A stretch of DNA of 64,000 bases, from contig CT868108.1 in assembly GCA_000165425.1 (NCBI GenBank), positions 372,001 through 436,000 of the forward strand. Reading direction: 5' to 3'. The notes under the pieces are model-generated. The model was not told where the DNA came from and made no database searches. It worked only from the letters and a program-made list of their open reading frames with translations. Source of the DNA: Paramecium tetraurelia (Eukaryota). Both the position numbers and the translations under genes were made by a program. Shown piece after piece: positions 28,982-41,597 of the stretch. Every line of letters begins with the position of its first letter. The stretch's first letter is position 1.

Positions 28982-29373
28982 ATGGCAAAAGCAGCAAAAG
29001 ACACAAGACCAATTGCAGATTAAGCTACTTCAGAGGCTGCATGCACATATGCCGCTCTCATCTTGTATGAAGATAATCAAGATGTACATGAATCTATCTA
29101 ATTCAGATCGATGCTACCAAGTTAGCTAAGATCGTTAAGGCAGCTAATTTGAGAGTTGAACCAATTTGGACAAAAGTTTTCGAAAAGGCTTTGAAAGGAA
29201 AAAAAGTTGGTGATTTATTACATGGAAACAGCGGAAATGCAGGAGGTGCACCAGCAGCACAAGCTACAGCCACACCAGCTGCAGCAGAAGCAAAGAAGCC
29301 TGAGCCTGTTAAGGAGGTTAAGAAAGCTGAAGAACCAGAAGAAGATGTTGATATGGGTGGTTTATTTGATTGA
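28982..29373 (+). CDS. RPLP1: 60S acidic ribosomal protein P1
   Basis: EAACTYAALILYED/IDATKLAKIVKAANLRVEPIW, an Ala-rich hinge and EEDVDMGGLFD*. Confidence 0.95.
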
Positions 29374-29858
29374 AAATGAATACAAAATCGTACATTAATA
29401 TTTAATATATATTTATAAATATATGTAATCAAATTGGAAAGTCTAAACCAGACTAAGATAATTGTAAATAAAGTCTTTTCTTATTATAAAAGTAGTAACA
29501 CCTATAATAGAAGTTCATTTAATTTAAAGTTGTCTCGTTTTATTCAGATTGACATTAAAAATTCCTCTAATGATTATAATTTAGTAGAAATATTAACTTT
29601 TAATTGTATTTATTTTTAACAGAATTATATGAAGAATTGAAAATCCACAAAATTTTATTATCATTTTTAATCATGTAATATTTTGGAAGGCCATAATAAA
29701 GCATAATTTAGATATTACAAAAGTTCATTCATATAAGAATCTGATGTGAAGAACATAAGGAGATTAAAAAGTAAACACCGATGTTATAAGGAGATTTGCT
29801 TGTAATAATAATATTGATAATTTATTTTTCAAGAGATGAATCATAAAATTATTAAATT

Positions 29859-30859
29859 TCATATGTATTTTTCTCTCGATTATTCTAAACTATTTCTTTA
29901 AAATATTCCCTTAAATAATTCATTTAATTTTTCGACTTCTTAATTCCTTACTGAAATCAAATCTTATCTCACCTAATGTTAGTTATGTAAATTTACTCTA
30001 TCAATTTCAGATTTCATTTTGATTTCACTCTCTTCTTTATCATAAAATCTTTTTAGTTCTAATTTTAAATCAAGGTTTTCTTGTTTAAGCAATTTAAATT
30101 GATGTTCAAACTCTTAATAATTTTACTTTAACTAATTATTCATTTCTTTGTATTGTTATAATTTAGCAATTTCTTGATGTTAATCTTGAATGACTAATTT
30201 AAATTCATCCAATTGCTAATTCATCTCAATTCTGCTTTATCTTATATCATGTTATATTTTTTTTTTTTCATTTTTATATTCCTTGATTTCTGCTTTTAAT
30301 TTATTGTTTTCAGCTTTTAAAGGCTCAGTTCCAAAAAGTAACTCATCCAATTTTGATATTTCAGCTTTCAATTGTTCATTTTCAATTTATTATTGAACAA
30401 CATACTCTTCAAATTATCGTTACTTTTCTAATTATAACGACTAAATTATATTTTTATGTACATTCAAATTTTCATTCTCTTCCCTTAAATGCTACACAAG
30501 ATCTCTTAGCTCTTAGTTATCATTCATTAATTGGTCTCTTTCTTGAGTATATTTTTTTATTCTTTGCTTTTCCTTCTCTTGATGCTTGATCTGCTCTGAC
30601 AATGCAACTCTCATCTTATTTAGCTCTTCTCGCAATTTTTGATTTTGGATTTGGAAATCTGTGATAGTTTGATCTTTCTTTAGGAATTCTTCTTTTAAAA
30701 CTTCCATCTGAATTCAATTCAATATAATTGTACCCTCTCCCTCTGCTCCTTCAATTAACTAATATAGTATTATTCTTGTTCTATTTGCTTAAGCTCGTTT
30801 ATTCTAAGTTAGTCATAATTTGGCAACACCTCGACGAATTTGGCAGTCTGTTAATGCAT
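29859..30859 (-). CDS. coiled-coil protein
   Basis: E/K/Q-rich frame including track ORF 30513-30707, with one intron near 30710-30735. Confidence 0.6.
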
Positions 30860-31521
30860 TATATTTTAATATCAAAGTTAGTCTTAGAAATAATTATCTG
30901 AAGATAATTGAATAATTTTGCTAGCAAGATCCCTAGAAAATAATTGGTTATGTAAATTTAGATACTCAAAACTAATACATCAAAAAAGGTTTTTTATCAA
31001 ATTAAAAGCACACAATCATAAATATTAACTTAGATATTTCTAAATTTTAATTGAGTTTCTTAATTGTGTTTTTTTGGCAGCATTTATTTTTATATAATTA
31101 AATTTGAATTATGTGATGTTTAGTATCTTGTACTATATTTATGTCAGCATCACTAATGTTAACTTTTTGATATTATTACGGAATTCAATAGTATATTTGT
31201 TAATTAGTAATAGGAATTACCATGGTTAATGTACATTTAGCTGTATCACTAGGTTTAACAATCCTTTATGTTTATTTAACGCACATAACTCAGGATATTA
31301 GATTTAGATAATTGCACTAAAAACTCATATGTATATATTAATAATGAGGCATCCTTATATAAAGAGTTTGTGTGAATGAGTTTGAAAATTATACAAAAAA
31401 GAAAGGTTTATTATATGTTAGAAAGAGATGATACTTTTATTGATAGAATGGCTAACTCCTGTGATTTGATACAAAGTTAAGGAATTTCTTTATGATGACA
31501 TGCATATACAATAAATAGATA

Positions 31522-32452
31522 TCAAATTTATTACTGTTGGGTTGCCATAAAACCTGGGAATTAGGCGAAGAAGGCCATGCCTTTTAATCTCTCGATGAGC
31601 AAAGCCTGCATTATGAATTGCTATTGGAGAGTGGGTATGGCTTAAATCATAGGCGTGCTTGCATTGGCTTATTAGAGTGGGGGATCTAATTTGGTTAATA
31701 ATTTAGAAATAATTATTTCATCAGAATCAAGGGATTATATCTAATTATGTTATTAAAAAAATAGCTACATGATTTCTTCTGTAGGAATTAATCAAAGAAT
31801 TGTAAGCATTTTTGACTTAGTTTTCAGTTCTTCCTTTTATTTATTTAGAAATCACGGACCACTTTTTTCCATACTTTTACACTAATTGCAACAATTGAAT
31901 TTATTCTTATTCACTCCATGGGCACTTGTTAAGTTCAGGGTCCAAATAATTATTCCATCTTTCCCTAACTTACTTGGCATGCCTCATAATTGGGCTTATA
32001 CGGTTATACTCTAGAGCAACGTGAGTCCATGAAATAAATTTTTGCGTCATCACTTTATTTAGGAGTTCATCCTCTTCAATAGTCCATGGAGACTGTTTCA
32101 AATCAGTCTTTAACATCCCTATCCATTTCGAATTCAACAGTTCTGGAGGTGCTCCAAGGATTTCTGACAGTGCTATCCAATCGTCGTCGTTCTAATCAAT
32201 TTAAACATAAATTCATACAGGTTTTAAGTCTGTACGACCTTATTTCTCTAAATGTTTTAGAGTTGTCCAAATAAAAATCATTTTATCCTTTCGTTACCAC
32301 TTGTGCGAAGTATGTTTAGTAAATTCTACAAAGTAATTTGATATGTTTTTAGGTAAACTTTTTTCTTCAATCTTTAAAATCTTTTTCACTTGCTTCAAGG
32401 CAACAGGTTTATTCTTTAGGTCTCCCAATCCATCAAGGAATTGTTAAAACAT
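31522..32452 (-). CDS. Myb-domain (R2R3-type) transcription factor
   Basis: PWTIEEDELL...SWTHVA...RHAKQVRERWNNYLDPELNKCPWSEQEQIQLLQLVQKYGKKWSVISKQIKGRTENQVKNAYNS. The 5' end is uncertain. Confidence 0.88.
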
Positions 32453-33104
32453 CGCTTAGTAAGAGGATATTTCCTTGTTAAAAATAAAAAATAATTATCT
32501 TTGAAATCTTCAATAACATACCAATAAATAAGGGTACACAGTAACAGAACAATACCAAAATCTAATTATATTTAGAAAAAACGAGAATGCCTCTTCACCT
32601 CTGGAATTTTCAAACATTTTTCAAATATTATAGATTTAAACAAATTATAGGTTTTTCAATCTTCCCATCAACCTCAATTCTTCATTAAATTGTTAATTAA
32701 ATATTATTGTTTTCTTAATTTGAACCTCTAATTGCCACATAAACACTTTCTTACAATATTATATAGAATTTATATATATTTAATAATAAAACCCAAATTC
32801 TCATTACGAATAAAAATTAAGTTGCATTTCAAAATAGTTCGATATCTAAATCAAATTATAAATTATATGGAATTAATATAAATAAGTTATTTTAATAATT
32901 GTAAGTTTGATTATTAAATAAAAATTCTCAAACTCCCTTTGTCAAAGTTGCCTTATTTTTATTCGATATGCTTTTTGAAGAACTATCATCATTCTAAATA
33001 TTGTCCTGTCAGAAATTCATTTTTTAATAAAATCATTTTTTATGCTCAATAACATTAAATATACTTATTTTTTTCGTTATAACCTCATATATAAATTTTA
33101 TATT

Positions 33105-36100
33105 TCATTTGCTAAAAATCCCATCAAAGTTTATCGAACTTAATTTGACTGGCACTTTAGTATTCTGCTATTGTTGAATCTACATTTGAGGTAGTACAGC
33201 CTATCTCTCTACAAGTTCTAATCTTTCTCTCTCATCCTATGTTACTTCCTATAATAATATTGAATCATTTTACTCTTCCATCGAGATACAAAATAGTTGG
33301 CAACTTTCTTAAAACCATTTATCGATATCCTGGTCTTCTACTCAAAGAATTTCCTACAAGTTCTAATTCTTTAAGTTGAGTAAGAGCAACTAGATGTTCA
33401 ATATCAGGTAAGTCATTAATCCTATTTGAACTAGCGAATAGATGCTACAAGATAAATTAATTGATTACAAGCAATTTAAATAATTTTTAGATATTTTAGA
33501 AATTCTTTAAACCATTCCCATCAATCTTCAAACATTTAATTGGGTTTTATGCAGCAAATGATAATGGATCGAATTATCTTACTTTATTATAATTTAAATC
33601 TAATTCCTTCAATTACTTTAAGTTTTCCAACTAATCTACTCTTGTAATCTCATTTTTTTCACATTTCATAATTTTTAATTCCTTTAATTAACAATATTAC
33701 AATCCATTAAATTCTTTCAAACAATTCTAAGAGATATCTAGTATCTACAATTATTGGCATCCATTCAATCCCTTTTTTTAGTTGATATCAGTTGGATATA
33801 ATAAAGTTTCAATTTTATTAGAAGTCAATATTAAAATTTTTAATTAAGGCAAAAATCCTAGCATTTTAGTAGAAGTAAATAGATTTTGACTTAAGTCCAA
33901 TTCCACCAATAAAGGGAAAGATTAGACATTGAAAACATCATCAAAATCTCTTAGTTCACAATTCTATAAGCAAAGTTCGGTGATTTTATTTGCAGGCTAA
34001 CCTTAGAGTCTTGAAAACAATATCTCTTCAGTCAGACGTCCAGTAAATAAATTTTTAGCCATCTATTACTCAGAAGCTTCTATAGAAATACCATCCAAAA
34101 CCTTTAATTTAGGAATGATGTAAAGCACATAGGATCTATAATTAGTGTCTCTAGCAAAAGGATTTCCAGATAAATCTAAAATGATGAGTTTATGCAAATG
34201 TTTAATATTATTAACTTCTTTTTAATTAGTTATATTATTATTTCCTAAATATATTTCCATCAAGCTTTTCAAATCTGGAAATTCTTTTAGATTGAGAATA
34301 GCATTATCCTCTAGAGATATTTGCATTAGATTAATTAGATTGGATAGACCATCTATTTAAAATATCTTATTTCCTCCCAATTCTAATTTCTTTAAGTATT
34401 GCATATTATCCAATCCCTATATTTAAATGATAGAGTTCTTTTCTAAATTCAGTTCTTCAAGTAAGATTGAATCCTAAATTGATGTAATTTAGGTGATTTT
34501 ATTATGGCCAAGATTCAAGTGTCTCAATTGTACCAATTCTTCCAGCCCTTTCATACTACTGAGTTTTTAGTGAGTAATCATAACTGATTAAATATGTTAT
34601 TTCCAATCATGTTGGACTTTGCTGAATGTTTACAACATCCCAGTTGTAATAATTTACTTTTAATTGACAGTTGGTTCCCTATCATCTTCTGTAATAGGGA
34701 GATGATCTAAGAATGCCAAATTTTTGAGGATCATAACAATCTCTTTTCTTGTTTCTTTGTATTCCCCTATTGGATTAAAAACAACAGATAGGTATTTCAA
34801 ATTTTGGTTGTATTTTAGAATTCCAACTTAATCAACATCTTGAATATTATTATGTGTTAAATCTAACACTTCCAAATGATTCAAACCTTGTAGACCATTG
34901 AGATTCGATATTTCATTATGTGACAAATCAAGTCTAATTAGATTTGGTAATTCATTCAAACCTTTAATATTGCTGATTTTGTTGTAACTTAGAATGAGAG
35001 TGTGGAATTATCCTTTGATTAATGGGATTTCTTAAACAGAACAATTACTTAAATTCAAGAATTACGTTTGATTCTTCAATATTTCATTCAAATTTGGAGT
35101 GCCAACCAAATTAGGATTTAATTCATAAAGGGTCGATCTACTTAAACAGTATTTAAAGTAATTCACCAAAGCAGGTTTAAGAGATGCACATTCCGATCTG
35201 TCTAAATCTTAGGCTTTCAACTCATAAGTTGGGTACTCTTCGAGATTCTCAAATTGATAGCTATTCAAATCTTCAGCCAATTGATTATATAAGTCGTTTA
35301 TATTGTCCTTGTACTTATTAAAATTAGCAGGATTAATGAAATCATCATCCTCTGACTCTAGCACTCCTAATGCAGATCCAAAATCAGCAATTTTATTCTA
35401 AAGTGGTGATTGCATAACATATTCAAATTCAGCAAGATATTCAGGCAATATAAGATTATTGTCTAACACAAACCACAATTTATGTTTTTGATCATTTTCC
35501 ATGACTCTTAAGACTGTGTATTCATCTTGATATTGTTTGCCATCAAGAGGAAACTTTTGAAACATCTCACTCCAAGGTTGTTCTGTATTAAAATATGGGT
35601 GTTTTAAATCAGATACTGATTTAATCATTAAGACTTTGCATATAAGAATTATTCCAGGTGGTATTATATTATATTTTTAATAGTACAATCTAAGTTAATT
35701 TTATTAATACCTTCGTTTAATAAATCTCTTATTTAATTTTTGGGCATGCTCTTACCCATTCAAATGATGTTGGATTCTTGGAGCATCAGCCCCTAAAATA
35801 CTATTGACCAAAGGAGTATAAGGACTTAATCCTATTGATTGAGAGTCCTTGAGATATTAAATTAGATTACTTTATAACTTCTAAATCCCTCCTCTATTAC
35901 ATTATAGATTTCAGAGGGAAAGTTAGGATCGACTCCATAGAATAGATATTCAAGAGATTTTTTGTGACTTTGATTTGAGACATCAACTAATGACTCCATT
36001 TTTTCTTCGAATTTATTTCTTATGAATTTATTGTGTATTCTCACAACCCTCTTTATTTGAATATCTTTGATGCCGAACTTCCCCATTTAATCTGCATGGA

Positions 36101-37251
36101 ATCTTGAGTGTATAAGATCAACACAAGAACCATACCATTTTTCATTTGTCTTTCCTTCCTCTAATCTAATGTTACCTCCAGTTTCTAATTCTGTCATCAG
36201 TTTTTGTATGCTTTGATCGCAGTACTCATAGACTTTCTTTTTAATGCTATTATAAATTTCATTTTGATTCTCATATTCCTCATACTTATTCTCTAAAAGT
36301 TACTGTCTCTCCTTATCCAATTATTCTTAAGCCAATCTAATATTTAAATTGGAAATGTCTTCACATAATGAATCGATTTTAATTTTCTTGCCTTTCTTAA
36401 GTAATTTACACAATGTTGAAAATGTTCTTTGCATAGTTTTTATTCTCATATTATAGTACATCTTCTTTTTCATGAAGGTTCCTTCAGCAAAGGATTTTTA
36501 ATCATCAGAAATCATAAGAGTGTCCAATTTATATATGTTTCTTAGATGATAAAGCACATAGGTTTGATAGTTACAGAGATTGCAAATAGGGTTGTCTCCA
36601 AAATGAGGATCATAAAAAGCTAAGACTTTAAGATTGGGTAGACGATTCAAATTCAAGGCTTCTTTGAAACTGCATATTTTATTGCCACTTATATTTAAAT
36701 CATACAAGCTTTTTAATTTATCCAAGGATGTCCTCAGATTACTTATAGAATTGGATGCCAGCCATAGTTACTTGAGATTCACTAAGAAATCTAGATTTTA
36801 AATAGTATCGATTTTATTATCGCAAAGCCACAATGTTTCTAGTTTAGTCAAAGAGTCTAAGCCTTCCAATTTTTGAATTGCATTGTGAGATATATACAGG
36901 GCTTTTAAATTGATTGTTGCTTTCAATCCTGATAATTTGACAATCTAATTCTCATTCAAATTTAATTCTTCCAATCTAATTAAATCATCTAAACCCTAGT
37001 TAAATAAATGCATGAGTACTTCAACAACAGTGATACCAACATTAATTAAGGTTAAGGACTTCAAATTTTTGAATACCTGGACCACATTCATTCTGCCAAA
37101 GTCTTCAAGAGTAAGTTCAATTCTTTCAATTTTGTCAAAGTTGCTCCATTCCTTATCAGAAAATGCATTCATAATTTTCTAATTAAATGGAGATTCTTAC
37201 AATTGTCTCCAGTTTCCCAGAGTCTGCCTTCTTCCTATCCTCTTGTTGCAT
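33105..37251 (-). CDS. LRRC9: leucine-rich repeat protein 9-like, with central ART/PARP-like segment
   Basis: Many SDS22-type LRRs. Diagnostic DPHFGDNPICNLCNYQTYVLYHL, KKMYYNMRIKT, TELETGGNIRLEEG...WYGSCVDLIHSRF and LPEYLAEFEY. Confidence 0.85.
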
Positions 37252-37316
37252 TTTAATTATTAAAACTTTGTTATGCTTAACTTGTAAAAAAGAATGAAAT
37301 ATATAATAATATTAGA

Positions 37317-38143
37317 TCAATATTCATTTACTGATACATCAGATGCTACATAATTTATTGCTTAATACGTCTAATGAACTGGAAGAACTCTAAATCATCC
37401 TCTACTCTGTGGTTGCTTTGTTCTGACCATGGTGGCAACTTGATAGTTAAAGTATCAGAATTGGACAAGTAGTTACGATCCTTGGTGACTGGCATTGGTG
37501 GGAACTTAATGCCAACAAAAGGTTTCTTGGCCAAAGCTAAATGAAATATCTGGAAATGCATTTACGATTGTAAACGTAAACATGCTTCTTGGTATTCTCA
37601 GAACTGCTAAGAGACTCTGTCTTTGGGGCAATATTTAAAACCACATCCGTCGAAGAGTTCTGAACAGATTATGCTTCAGTGTCTCCCTCTAAAGATATAG
37701 CTTTGTCAACATAATTTGCTGAGTCAGTCGTTGCCTCCTATAGATTTTGAACTCTTTATTATCTGTTGAATTATTACTGCTCTTAATCTTCGACCTTCTC
37801 GATCTACAAGGATTCCTACTACTGAAAACCATCTTTTTGGGCTTCAATTAAGCTTATTCAATACTTGCATCGATCGATTCCTCAACATAAACCATTGGAG
37901 TATCATCGCTCTTAAACACTACCAAACTAGCTTCAGCCTCCTAATTTTACTCTCCTTAAAGGGTTTCAGCTGAGACATCATCCCTTCCAACATAAAAACT
38001 TTAATCCTCTTTTTCCGATTCGAAGATTGCTTTTCTAAATTAACTCATTTACCTTGTTCTTCTTCAATTAAGGATTTTGGTGAGCCTCTCAACATCTATG
38101 AAGCACCAAAGCAAATTAGCACTGTGAGAATTAGTGTCTTCAT
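37317..38143 (-). CDS. secreted hypothetical protein
   Basis: Signal peptide MKTLILTVLICFGAS. Includes track ORF 37355-37561. A terminal intron gives PSDVSVNEY*. Confidence 0.6.
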
Positions 38144-38763
38144 GAATATATTATATATTAATAATTGAAAAACGATCAAAAATTTATAATTCAACTTCTC
38201 TAATGGCATGATCAAATACTCTCTCTACTCAGAATAACAATCCAGATGCTAAGATCAGCAGTTATATCATTGTAATGACTACTTATTGACTGATCTCACA
38301 GTATAACCTAAGATTTTATTCTTTTTCTCCACTTGGTTCTCATAATTAGAATTGTCATTATGTTAAAGTTGCTTGTATTTAACAATCAATTTATATAAAT
38401 CGATTTTCATTGAACACTGATTATGTTAGGCGTGTTTTTTCAGTTTATTAATTTTTATACAAAAACGATATTGAATTTAAAAGCAACGTGTGTCTCTTAA
38501 GTTTTATTTTGAAATTTAGTAAAATAATAATTTAAAAACGAATTTGAGTTGGAGAAATGATATTTTGTAAGATCACTCATTTTGAACCTAATAGTGCTTG
38601 AGGGTGATTATTGAGATGGTAGTAATTAAATGAATAAAATAAATGGATTTAATTACTGTGTTAATCATTAATATTAGATTGCAGTTATTTCACAAAGTTG
38701 TTGTATTTAGCGAAGATAATTTATCGTTTTTTAATGCAATAAAATAATATAAATCTTTCTAGA

Positions 38764-39577
38764 ATGAGCACTAGCTAACAAGAATTGTTTGAATATATGA
38801 GTGAAACCTTATAAACATCTGAAAAGGGATTATTAGAGATGCAAATATAACATCCACAAAGTAAGCTAAATTGTCTAATATTTTTTAAGATTTCCAAAAG
38901 CTTGTTGAAAAGATGAAGCGCACAATGAGAAGAGAGAAGGCAAAACAAAGAAAAGCAAAAAGATGAACCTGAGATCGTGTCTAGTAGCAAGAAAATCAAA
39001 AGAAAGAAGGAAGACGAGGATCCCTTAAGAGAAAATGATAAGAAAACTATATAGATGATACGTAATAGGATAAGTGCCTAAAACTCAAGGGACAGGAAAA
39101 AACAATATTTACATCAATTAGAAATCACAAGCACAAAAAGAAATGGACTACAACGCCGATCTCAGAAAACAATTAGAAGAACTTTAAGAGAAACATCAAA
39201 AATTGACAAACAAGAGCTCGAAAATAAGAGACCAACTATCAATTCTACAGCAATTAGGTCGTGGATCGAGATTAGGCAAAATAAGTCTCGCTCTCTTGAC
39301 CCTTGTGTCAGTGTTTTCAGTAATCTCCTAAAAAGAAGCTCATCAAACAATAACAACTCCTCTCGTTAAAATTGAAGAGATCTCAAGTGAAAGTGTATTG
39401 AGACCCTTAAACTACGAGAAATCATACTCCATTATAGATACTAATACATTTTTCGAAGAAGAGAAACTAGGAGTTGGAATTTCGGAGGAATCGGAGAATT
39501 GCTACAATTAATTGTTGCCCATCCCCCTTTATCGGTTGAATTCATAGATAGAATACGCACTAGAGCAGCATAGTTGA
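38764..39577 (+). pseudogene. bZIP transcription factor with C-terminal transmembrane segment; interrupted by two +1 frameshifts (pseudogene or sequence error)
   Basis: Basic region QMIRNRISAQNSRDRKKQYLHQL. The zipper (SQAQKEMDYNADLRKQLEELQEKHQKL) and TM segment (ISLALLTLVSVFSVIS) lie in the +1 frame, and the upstream exon frame hits TGA at 38964. Confidence 0.75.
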
Positions 39578-39652
39578 ATATCTGATTGACTTAATGTATA
39601 TTTTTCTATCTTGTTCGAGTAATAATTTAAAAAAAATTAAAAATAAACCAAA

Positions 39653-41503
39653 TCATACCGATCTCTCCTTCGGGGGTTTGTACTTCAATCCTAATATCTT
39701 ATACACATCCATTTCTTCCTCACATGGTATCACTTCGCCTTTCCACAACTTCTTATTATGAGCACCTCTCTGAGTAGGGTAGAGTCCATGATCACTTAAA
39801 GTATATCCATTTTTCTGAGCCCACAATCTCATGCTTCTATTATAATGGTCAGAACCAGTGAAGTACAAAACTGCACAACCATACTGTTCCTTAGGATATA
39901 GTTTTAAATCAATCCTTCTATGCACAGCTTAATTCGATACTCTTCCTATTCCCATATAAGTTTCGCAATCATGCTCAGTTCTTTTTGGCATTGTCAGATG
40001 ATGAGTTAACAATTTCCCCTCCAATCGTGTGATCAAATTTAACAGGAAATCCTCAGTATTTTTACCATCACACCTTGTAATTAAAATATCCATATCTCCA
40101 CATGTTTCTTTTTCTCTTCTATAAGATCCACAAGCAGTTGCCTTAAATAATCCTTATACTCCACTTAAATCATCGATTTCTCTCTTTACTATCTCAAATA
40201 TTAAAGTAGCTTCTTCTCTTGGAATCCTTTACTCTAAATCTTTCACTAATTGTAATCCAACTTATTGATTTCTATTGAGTAAATGTAGATTCTTTTTCAA
40301 ATCCTCCAGAGTCTTAATTCCTTTAAAATAGAATGTGGCAGCAGTGGTAGGTCCAATACCCCAAACTCTCGTTAATTCGCTAATGGCAACATTTTTTTCT
40401 TATCCTTCCAATTTTTATACTTTAGTCAATTTACCTGTTTACATAATTTCAATTATCTTCTTCTTAATTTTATCTCCTATTGTGGGCATATCCTTTAGAT
40501 CCTCACTAGATTTGATTGGATATGGAAGTGCTTTTAAAAATCCAATAGCTTTCCTGTAAGCTATACATCTTCCTTTATCTTTTTCATTTGTGTATATTTT
40601 CAACAGTTTTTCCAACTCTTCAATAATCTCATTATTTTGACACTTTTAAGCAGCGCCAGCTTCACAAACAAAATATCCCTTTTTAGCTTCCCAAAATTAC
40701 TATTTTCTTTTTAATCCTGGATTAAATTATTTGGTTTCCTTTAATTAAGCAGAAAGTATCGGTTATTCAACATTAACAACTGATTTTCCTAAATCCAATC
40801 CATCCAAAATATCAAATTTAACTTTTCTAGTCTCAGTTATCTGGCAATCATCATCACCATAGAATTTCTCAGACTCAGGTATTTGTGGTTCTTCTTTTTT
40901 AAGAATAGATAGATCCTCCAATAAATACTCATAACCATCATCTACCTGATTATGGAAATTATCCAAATCATAATCATACTCATAGTCTAATATTTATTTA
41001 TATTCCTTGAGAATATCCCTTCTAAATTCTTCCATCCTTTTCTCATACTTCATTCTTAACTCATTATCCTTGATATTGTAAATGTTTATGTCTCCATCAT
41101 CTTACTCAACCACTTCTTCTCTCACTGGCACTGTCTTAGCCAAAGCTTCCACATAAACTAGTTTTGTTTTGAATTCTGGCACTTCCTCTAAGACTGGCTG
41201 GAATACTACTTCAGGGAACAACTAAAACTTCTTCTGTTCTTGTAGTTTTTTATTTAATAAGGATTAGGATACCCAATCTGGATTTAGGAACTAGTACCGA
41301 TATTATTCAAAATCAAGATTAAATTTGGCAAATTATTTCTGACATAATTCTACTGTTGCATCAGAGCCAACAATCATTAGTGTATCTGGACCTAATTTCA
41401 TTTGTCCTCCATTCGATTCAATCAAGTTTGTGAGTGTTCTTATCCTAGTATTTGTTAAATTGACTGTTGCCAAAGGGAACATAAAAGACATGTCTTTAAA
41501 CAT
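39653..41503 (-). CDS. POLX: X-family DNA polymerase (Pol lambda-like) with N-terminal BRCT domain, intronless, 616 aa
   Basis: BRCT-like N-terminus (IESNGG...LNPDWVSQS), HhH motif VWGIGPTTA, ACGSYRREKETCGDMDILIT, RRIDLK, YFTGS and YKPPKER. Confidence 0.95.
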
Positions 41504-41597
41504 TTTTCAAAATGTCTTAAAATATTTATTTAAGATTGACTATTTAACAACAACAATATTATTAAATATGTAACTTAATTATTGTTATTCATATTAA

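Noticed and set aside
29103..29432. 109-aa minus-strand track ORF and similar shadows (23114-23452, 57957-58139, 59021-59203)
   Set aside because: Antisense to RPLP1, RPL19 and CCT1.
32453..32617. Extra 5' exons for the Myb gene from ATG 32617
   Set aside because: No combination of normal-sized GT..AG introns that I tried joined it in frame.
38206..38296. Possible box C/D snoRNA (ATGATCA...CTGA)
   Set aside because: Imperfect box C, no terminal stem, and expected by chance in AT-rich DNA.
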